In this document: piece after piece, positions 26,292 to 32,000 of the stretch | Layout: every line of letters starts with the position of its first letter | Numbering within the stretch: position 1 is the stretch's first letter | From: Psychrobacter sp. DM4 | GTDB taxonomy: Bacteria; Pseudomonadota; Gammaproteobacteria; Pseudomonadales; Moraxellaceae | DNA length: 32,000 bases | Direction of reading: 5' to 3' | Assembly (NCBI RefSeq): GCF_051307035.1 | Contig: NZ_CP195536.1 | Span: forward strand, 210,001-242,000 | The notes under the pieces: model-generated | What the model saw: the letters and a program-made list of their open reading frames with translations, nothing else | Told to the model about the DNA's origin: nothing | Database searches by the model: none | Translations under genes and position numbers: made by a program

Positions 26292-27239
26292 TTAAGCATC
26301 AAACATCGCGCTAATGGATTCTTCGTTATTAATGCGGCGCAAGCTCTCAGCGAGCATTGGAGCAATTGAAACTTGACGTATCTTAGTACATGCCTTAGCC
26401 GCGTCTGACAACGGGATAGTATCAGTAACGACGATCTCGTCAAGCGCGGATTCGCTGATATTTCTGAGAGCATTACCTGATAGAACCGGGTGAGTGATAT
26501 AAGCGAGTACGCGGCGTGCACCGTTCTCTTTGAGTGCTTCTGCCGCCTTACACAATGTACCAGCGGTATCGACCATATCATCGACGATGACGCAATCACG
26601 GTCACGGACATCACCGATGATGTGCATGACTTGTGACTCATTGGCACGGGCGCGGCGCTTATCGATAATCGCCAAATCTGCATCACCTAATTGTTTCGCC
26701 ATGGCACGTGCACGAACCACGCCGCCGACATCAGGTGAGACGACCATGATATTGTCATAATCTTGTTTTTTGAGATCGTTTAACAGTACGGGTGTACCGT
26801 AGATATTATCAACTGGAATATCGAAGAAACCCTGAATTTGGTCTGAATGCAAATCAACGGTCATGACGCGATCTATGCTGACGATGTTCAGCATATCGGC
26901 GACGACTTTAGCTGAGATAGGCACGCGGGCAGAACGGGGACGACGATCTTGACGCGCATAACCAAAGTAGGGCATGACGGCGGTGATACGACCTGCGCTG
27001 GAGCGGCGCAAAGCATCGGCCATCATCATGATTTCCATCAAATTATCATTGGTGGGCGCACAAGTTGGCTGCATGATAAACACATCTTTACCGCGCACGT
27101 GTTCTTTGATTTCCACAGCAATTTCGCCATCAGAAAAACGGGTAATATCAGCTTTACCAAGAGGAATATGTAGGTGGTCGGCTACGGTTTTCGCAAGTTC
27201 TGGATGAGCACTACCCGTAAAAATTGCCAAATAAGGCAT
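26292..27239 (-). CDS. prs: Ribose-phosphate pyrophosphokinase
   Basis: IF.GS.HPELA..VA, F.DGE..V.I.E.VRG.DVF..Q, YARQDRR and D.HS.QIQGFFD.PVDN. Start at MPYLAIF (27239). The track's extension to 27362 runs into tRNA-Gln. Confidence 0.95.
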   Translation of the reverse strand: MPYLAIFTGSAHPELAKTVADHLHIPLGKADITRFSDGEIAVEIKEHVRGKDVFIMQPTCAPTNDNLMEIMMMADALRRSSAGRITAVMPYFGYARQDRRPRSARVPISAKVVADMLNIVSIDRVMTVDLHSDQIQGFFDIPVDNIYGTPVLLNDLKKQDYDNIMVVSPDVGGVVRARAMAKQLGDADLAIIDKRRARANESQVMHIIGDVRDRDCVIVDDMVDTAGTLCKAAEALKENGARRVLAYITHPVLSGNALRNISESALDEIVVTDTIPLSDAAKACTKIRQVSIAPMLAESLRRINNEESISAMFDA

Positions 27240-27335
27240 GACTGAAGTCCTATTGATTGACTCAAGCAGCGACCGCAAAGCAGTATCTAACTGCTCAAAT
27301 GAAGAAAAAGAGGTGGATATTATTACAGTAGAAAA

Positions 27336-27411
27336 TGGCAGGGGTAGCTGGACTCGAACCAACGGATGTCAGGATCAAAACCTGATGCCTTACCAACTTG
27401 GCTATACCCCT
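27336..27411 (-). tRNA. tRNA-Gln (anticodon TTG), copy 1
   Basis: The reverse complement gives AGGGGTA...TACCCCT-G-CCA. Anticodon arm TCAGG-TTTTGAT-CCTGA. T-arm TTGG-TTCGAGT-CCAG. Confidence 0.93.
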
Positions 27412-27529
27412 GTAAGGTCTTACTCTACCATGCCTATTTGAAAAGTATCAAAATGGCATGATAGTCGATCAGATCAGCAGTAAAATAAAGTTATTTATCG
27501 CTGACTTATCCTTGCGGCGTTCGTTGCGA

Positions 27530-27559
27530 ACTATACCGAAAGTAGGAGGGTGTTGTCAA
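27530..27559 (-). promoter_or_regulatory. Sigma70 promoter in the spacer between the tRNA-Gln copies
   Basis: Minus strand: TTGACA (27559-27554), 18 nt spacer, TATAGT (27535-27530). Confidence 0.5.
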
Positions 27560-27594
27560 TTGCTATCATAAAACAGAGCAATTAGAACTAAAAG

Positions 27595-27670
27595 TGGCAG
27601 GGGTAGCTGGACTCGAACCAACGGATGTCAGGATCAAAACCTGATGCCTTACCAACTTGGCTATACCCCT
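27595..27670 (-). tRNA. tRNA-Gln (anticodon TTG), copy 2
   Basis: 76/76 identical to copy 1. Confidence 0.93.
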
Positions 27671-27682
27671 TTGAGGCGACCT

Positions 27683-27710
27683 ATTATAATCAAATTTGCA
27701 GATTTTGCAA
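27683..27710 (-). promoter_or_regulatory. Sigma70 promoter for tRNA-Gln copy 2
   Basis: Minus strand: TTGCAA (27710-27705), 16 nt spacer, TATAAT (27688-27683). The tRNA 5' end lies 13 nt after the -10. Confidence 0.55.
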
Positions 27711-27856
27711 GGTCTTTCGCCTTTTTCTAGCTTTTATTCATAATGGGTTGAAAAATAAAACTGGTATTAGGTTCATAAAAATCTGTACGTTGTATTTATA
27801 ATAATTTTAGCTTTAAGCTATATATCTTATTTAGCTTAAATTGTGGCTAATGGATG

Positions 27857-28393
27857 CTAACGATTTGGCAAATCTTTGACATCCATAAATTGTGATCCTA
27901 AAAATTGAATATATCTATCTTTTAGACATTTTAAATCTCCTTGTTGCTCAAAACCATAATCGTAATTTGGGTTGTATTGACCGCCACCTATAGGTCCATT
28001 AGTGAATAAGTCAGTATTAATAGGTATGTCGACACCATTGGCAGTTAAAATCTGCGTTTCCTCATTCCAAACAGTGATGCCGTGAGGGAAAATAGGAACA
28101 TCAAGTTTGTCACCACTTTGAAGGAGTAGACAACCCTCCTTTATGACTAAAGTACCACCAGTTGCTGGTTGTATTTCCGCACCATGCTGATAAGGATAAG
28201 GATAAGTGAAGAATGGGGAATATGATTTTTTATCATATTCTATGTTATTGACAGATACTTTGGGATTGGGCACTTTGATATTTTGAACCTTCACATCGGC
28301 TACTGAATATGAGTCAGTATCTGTGATACAGCCAGAAATTCCTATCGACAGTGTAATTATACTTGGTAGCAGGATAGAAACGATTGGTTTCAT
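27857..28393 (-). CDS. Hypothetical lipoprotein, paralog of the 28484-29062 product
   Basis: Signal peptide plus lipobox ISGC. AT-rich. Shares the ..K(E/N).CL....., NG and (D)CLK motifs with its neighbour. Own promoter-like TTGCTA-17-TATACT and an AAGG RBS. Confidence 0.75.
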   Translation of the reverse strand: MKPIVSILLPSIITLSIGISGCITDTDSYSVADVKVQNIKVPNPKVSVNNIEYDKKSYSPFFTYPYPYQHGAEIQPATGGTLVIKEGCLLLQSGDKLDVPIFPHGITVWNEETQILTANGVDIPINTDLFTNGPIGGGQYNPNYDYGFEQQGDLKCLKDRYIQFLGSQFMDVKDLPNR

Positions 28394-28483
28394 AATAAAA
28401 AGCCTTTAATTTGCAATAAAGTATATTTGGAAAATTATAAAGTAGCAAAGCTGACCTACAGTTTGATGCACTAGTGTTTATTG

Positions 28484-29062
28484 TTATGGGTAAGTATTAA
28501 CTAATTTGCCGACCATAAATACTGCGGGTTTTTTCAGACAATCTGTGTCTTTGGGATCTACAACCGTATAATCCCCTTTTTGAAAATGATAGTGACCTAT
28601 ATACTCTTTGATTACACCACCAGTGGTAATCTCTTCACCAAGCTTAACTTTAGTTCCATTTAAAGAAATCAAACCCTCGTCTTCAAAGAGAGTCACTCTA
28701 CCTGGATAAAAAACAGCACTAAAGTATTCAGTATCATTTTGAACAAAATACAAGCAGCTATTTTTAACTATATACTTGCCCTTTAAAACAAAATTAATCT
28801 CTTGCATCGAGAGGGTAGGCGCATAAGTGAACAGTTCAGCAGGCAAGCTTGCACTAGGTGCTAAGTTAGGAGTAGCTATTTGTTGAAAGTCGTTTTTTGC
28901 TTTCGTGTTTGGTAGTGGCAATGGAACTATCTTATCAGAGGTGCGATTTGGGGTAGAGCCAGTTTGAGGTAAAGAGAGTGATGAGCAGCCAATTAAACTT
29001 GATAATAGACAAGCAAAAGTAGCCAACCTTGTTATGTGTTGATTAAGACTTGAATAATTCAT
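28484..29062 (-). CDS. Hypothetical lipoprotein, paralog of the 27857-28393 product
   Basis: Signal peptide plus lipobox LIGC. Pro/Ser/Thr-rich linker, then a domain alignable with the neighbour (VKNSCLYF / IKEGCLLL; LNGTKV / ANGVDI; DCLKK / KCLKD). Confidence 0.75.
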   Translation of the reverse strand: MNYSSLNQHITRLATFACLLSSLIGCSSLSLPQTGSTPNRTSDKIVPLPLPNTKAKNDFQQIATPNLAPSASLPAELFTYAPTLSMQEINFVLKGKYIVKNSCLYFVQNDTEYFSAVFYPGRVTLFEDEGLISLNGTKVKLGEEITTGGVIKEYIGHYHFQKGDYTVVDPKDTDCLKKPAVFMVGKLVNTYP

Positions 29063-29162
29063 ATTGATACCAACTTATTTTGTCTAATTATGATATGTAT
29101 TACGCACCATTCAAAAACCGCTAGGACTCAAAATTAAATCAGAAGTGATAAGTAAAATTTCA

Positions 29163-30128
29163 TTACAAATTACTCACCAAGTAAGCTGCACAAGGCGCAC
29201 TCGCAACCCACTTCGCCAAAAGCTTTTCATCAATGGCAACGCTTGCATTCAATGGCAAAAACACTGCACTACCTGAGCCCGTCATCCTTGCTGTGCCGAG
29301 TGCTTGCGTCTCTAAACCTTGTAAATAACTTAACGCCTCCTTAATCGCAGGCGCAAGGCTAATGACTACAGGGGTAAAGACATTTTCAAAAGGCGTGTTC
29401 AGATGTTGTACGTAGTCCTCAGTCTTATTTTTAATCATCTCAATAGACAAAGTTGCAATATCACGGTCCAGTTTAGGATGCGCGAATAGCTCAGCGGTAT
29501 TGATATGCGCGTCAGGCGTCAGGATAAGGTAGTGCTGATCGGACAAATCGATTGCGGTTAGCTCCTCACCAATTCCCGTTGCAATAGCGTCCTGTTCAAA
29601 GATAAATATCGGCACATCCGCGCCAATAGTGGTGGCGATTTTGATAAGTTCAACTTGGGTCAAATCAAATTGCCAAAGATCGTTCAAGGCCAGCAAAGTA
29701 GTCGCCGCATTAGAAGAACCGCCGCCTAAGCCTGCGCCCATCGGTAAATGCTTGTCCAAAGTAATACTGATCGCTTGCAAGGATTTTGGCAGTTTTTCTT
29801 TCAAAATGGCGTAAGACAGCAGAGCTTTTGCTGCTTTAAAAATTAAGTTGTCTTCTAGGTTTTCAGTAATGCTATCTGCGCCAGAGATAGTAATGAGCTG
29901 CTTGCAAAGGACAATCGCTCGCTGACTGACGTCACATTCAACTATACCACTAATATCCACCAACTCACTCGGCAAAAAATGCAGGTAATCGCCCCAGTCG
30001 AGCAGGCGAAAAACAGTTTGCAAGTTGTGATAGCCGTCGTTGCGCCTGCCTATGATATGCAAAAACAGATTAATCTTGGCAGGGGACAAGCGGGTGACGG
30101 TTTGATTAGTCATATGATTTTGTGTCAT
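29163..30128 (-). CDS. ispE: 4-diphosphocytidyl-2-C-methyl-D-erythritol kinase
   Basis: PAKINLFLHI.GRR.DGYH.L.T.F, the GHMP kinase motif PMGAGLGGGSSNAA, and MTGSGS.VF. Confidence 0.92.
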   Translation of the reverse strand: MTQNHMTNQTVTRLSPAKINLFLHIIGRRNDGYHNLQTVFRLLDWGDYLHFLPSELVDISGIVECDVSQRAIVLCKQLITISGADSITENLEDNLIFKAAKALLSYAILKEKLPKSLQAISITLDKHLPMGAGLGGGSSNAATTLLALNDLWQFDLTQVELIKIATTIGADVPIFIFEQDAIATGIGEELTAIDLSDQHYLILTPDAHINTAELFAHPKLDRDIATLSIEMIKNKTEDYVQHLNTPFENVFTPVVISLAPAIKEALSYLQGLETQALGTARMTGSGSAVFLPLNASVAIDEKLLAKWVASAPCAAYLVSNL

Positions 30129-30162
30129 AGGTAATATGGATTCAATATATCAGCAGTGCGAC

Positions 30163-30816
30163 TTAACGATCTTGATGATTAATAGTCATGATAACCTTTT
30201 GACCTTGAGACTGCGTCGCGCTGATTTTGTTGGGCAGCTTATCAGCGCCTTTATACGTAAAATTAGCAGTCCAAGATCCATTGACTGAGCTAATCAAACG
30301 ATTTTGCGCGTCCATCTGTGCGTTGCTATCTGAGGGCGCGGGGCGACCCGATATCCAATACGGCATTTGTGAGATGGGCGCTTGCCAGCCAGTAGCCTCT
30401 AGTAGCAAAGTCTCTGGATCATCCGCCGTGAGCGTGCCTGTCTTTTCGCTGACTAGCGTGGCTGTCTGACCATTGTATTCGATGTTGGTTTTACCAATCC
30501 CCAAAGCACCAATGAGCTCAATGGCGAAGCGGTCGTTTTGTTGTCCCCATGCATAGAACGCACTACCGCCTTGCGTGCCTGCATCGACCGAGCCATCAGC
30601 GGGAGTGCTCTGCGGCATTGATGGCATAGTCACCCCAATTTTACCGTTGATGGTAAAGTTGTCGAGCTTCTGCGCTTGCATAGTAGGGCTGCTAGTAGGA
30701 GGAGTGGCGGCGCTTTGTAGCGATTGGCATCCAGAGGTTATCAATAAAGCAGAGGTTAGGGCAGCCAATGTAGAGAGACGAGTACTCAGCGGGGTTTTTG
30801 GTGATAAAGACGACAT
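30163..30816 (-). CDS. lolB: Outer-membrane lipoprotein LolB
   Basis: Signal peptide ending ITSGC. F...GK.G...... W.Q....F.....G.LG pattern. Conserved position directly upstream of ispE. Confidence 0.8.
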   Translation of the reverse strand: MSSLSPKTPLSTRLSTLAALTSALLITSGCQSLQSAATPPTSSPTMQAQKLDNFTINGKIGVTMPSMPQSTPADGSVDAGTQGGSAFYAWGQQNDRFAIELIGALGIGKTNIEYNGQTATLVSEKTGTLTADDPETLLLEATGWQAPISQMPYWISGRPAPSDSNAQMDAQNRLISSVNGSWTANFTYKGADKLPNKISATQSQGQKVIMTINHQDR

Positions 30817-30948
30817 ATTTATTCCTCAAAATAAAAGCAAATGGTTGTGATTTTAAAAGTACAGCTTACGCGTCGTTTGTTACTCAGTTATGCCTTTTAT
30901 TGAGTACATTGTTCTCAAGACATTTGTACTGTTGGTAACGGACGAGAA

Positions 30949-32000
30949 TCAATAAAGCTGTATGCGGTCATTGACGTTTTGTTGCCCAAAAGAGAAGCGC
31001 TTTTGTAAATCCTCTAACAAAATTTTGACCTGGTTGTCATTACCTAAGCCTTGATAAGCCCGCAGTAGTAGTACTCCAGACTCTAGTGTCGGTAGGACGT
31101 CATAAGGTGTCTGCAAATAGCTTATCACCTGCGCGTACTCGTCATTGGCCAGTGCATTATCAGCGAGTACATTGAGCGCTTGCAAGTGCAAGTTGTTATC
31201 GTAGCGCGGGTCGTCATAGCGGATTTGAACAATGGCTTGTGCTAAGGCAATGCCTTGCTGAGATTGACGGTTATTGGCTAAGAGTAATTGCGCGTAGCTA
31301 AGCTTATAAGCTAAATGGTTCGGGTCAAGCCCCTGCAAGTGATTGAGTAAAGTACGCTTGATCACATAATCGCTGCGATTATCAAGGAGTTGTACGCGCG
31401 CAAATAATAGGTCTTCGTTATCTGGATGCTCGCGGCTGGCGCGTGATAGTAGCGCTAGGGCCTTATCTTTTTGATCCTGCTGCCATAAGATATCAGCCTG
31501 CAAGATATAAGCTTCAGGTGCAAACATCTCAAACTGCTGACGTAGTTCCTCAAGCGTTGCGATAGCGGCTTCAGTATTATTGTCATTGAGCTCAAAGGCG
31601 ACTACTTTTTTGCGTGCTGCGAGTACTAGATCCTCTTGCATAACGCCATTTAGGTAGTATTTGGCCTGAGCAAAGCGCTGCTGACGCTCGGCACTAATGC
31701 CCAAATAGTAGTAGGCTTGATCAAGATAACTTGTACTCTTTGCCAGTTGGTTCAACAGAGTATCTGCACTGCTATATTCTTCTATATCTAGACTGACCAA
31801 GGCTGCAAGCAAAGTAATCTCTGCATCATCAAAACGCCCATTGGCATTAAGAAGCAGATCCCAAGCTTGACGGCTTTGACCTAAGTCAAGAAGGTAACGG
31901 ATTTCGTATAGGTATAGGCTTTTATTAGAGGGACTGCGTAAGCGCGCTTGACTAAGATACTCAGTAACCACGTCTGGAGATTCAAGTTTGCGCAGGATAT
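30949..32000 (-). CDS. TPR-repeat protein; 5' end lies beyond the right edge
   Basis: Repeated A..YY.G / A...L..A helical-pair periodicity. The frame stays open past the track's GTG at 31971 to the window end. A TPR gene sits upstream of lolB in pseudomonads. Confidence 0.7.
   Translation of the reverse strand, partial: ILRKLESPDVVTEYLSQARLRSPSNKSLYLYEIRYLLDLGQSRQAWDLLLNANGRFDDAEITLLAALVSLDIEEYSSADTLLNQLAKSTSYLDQAYYYLGISAERQQRFAQAKYYLNGVMQEDLVLAARKKVVAFELNDNNTEAAIATLEELRQQFEMFAPEAYILQADILWQQDQKDKALALLSRASREHPDNEDLLFARVQLLDNRSDYVIKRTLLNHLQGLDPNHLAYKLSYAQLLLANNRQSQQGIALAQAIVQIRYDDPRYDNNLHLQALNVLADNALANDEYAQVISYLQTPYDVLPTLESGVLLLRAYQGLGNDNQVKILLEDLQKRFSFGQQNVNDRIQLY

Noticed and set aside
26276-26686. 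136-aa ORF on the - strand.
   Set aside because: It overlaps prs out of frame, has no RBS, and has no recognisable motifs. The prs frame is unambiguous.
27720-29162. The lipoprotein pair as a tRNA-targeted genomic island.
   Set aside because: There is no integrase or recombinase, and I saw no direct repeat of the tRNA-Gln 3' end. The insert also lies on the 5' side of the tRNA, whereas islands normally integrate at the 3' end. I kept it only as a compositionally atypical insertion.
1-32000. CRISPR arrays, IS elements or MITEs, toxin-antitoxin pairs, and known defence systems.
   Set aside because: I saw no regularly spaced repeats. No transposase, integrase or nuclease-like ORFs appear in the six-frame track. 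The only repeats are the tRNA-Gln duplication, the 16-bp ppx duplication and terminator stems.

Overview
The window is a gammaproteobacterial chromosomal core region. Gene content and the short AccA form suggest a Moraxellaceae or Psychrobacter-like genome, but that is inference only. It carries about 37 protein genes, mostly housekeeping: purC, mpg, hemL, ppx, accA, tilS, proC, yggT, panD, pth, rplY/ctc, prs, ispE and lolB. There are four tRNA genes: Ser-GCU, Arg-ACG, and two identical Gln-UUG copies. I found no transposase, integrase, CRISPR array or recognisable defence genes. The strongest non-coding signal lies in the ORF-free gap between a ZIP metal transporter and csbD (3957-4292). A perfect GacA/UvrY-type box (TGTAAG-N6-CTTACA) precedes a sigma70-like promoter. 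The next ~260 nt carry six GGA motifs, four of them GGATG, and five sit in loops of short hairpins. The stretch ends in an intrinsic terminator. This is the architecture of a CsrA/RsmA-titrating sRNA of the Csr/Rsm family. Secondary items follow. (1) Two AT-rich paralogous lipoprotein genes are inserted into the otherwise conserved lolB-ispE-tRNA(Gln)-prs-rplY-pth block. (2) An OYE flavoreductase lies divergent from a TetR gene and an orphan cytoplasmic molybdopterin oxidoreductase, with a candidate operator in between. (3) A DUF962/Mpo1-like gene sits next to an FAD monooxygenase gene. (4) ygfZ sits next to a DadA-like oxidoreductase gene. (5) There are several small structured or repeated elements in tRNA leaders, upstream of pth, and at the ppx stop codon. 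Several ORF-track starts are too long (purC, the molybdoenzyme, the FAD monooxygenase, DUF962, panD, prs) and were trimmed using RBS, homology or tRNA-overlap arguments.
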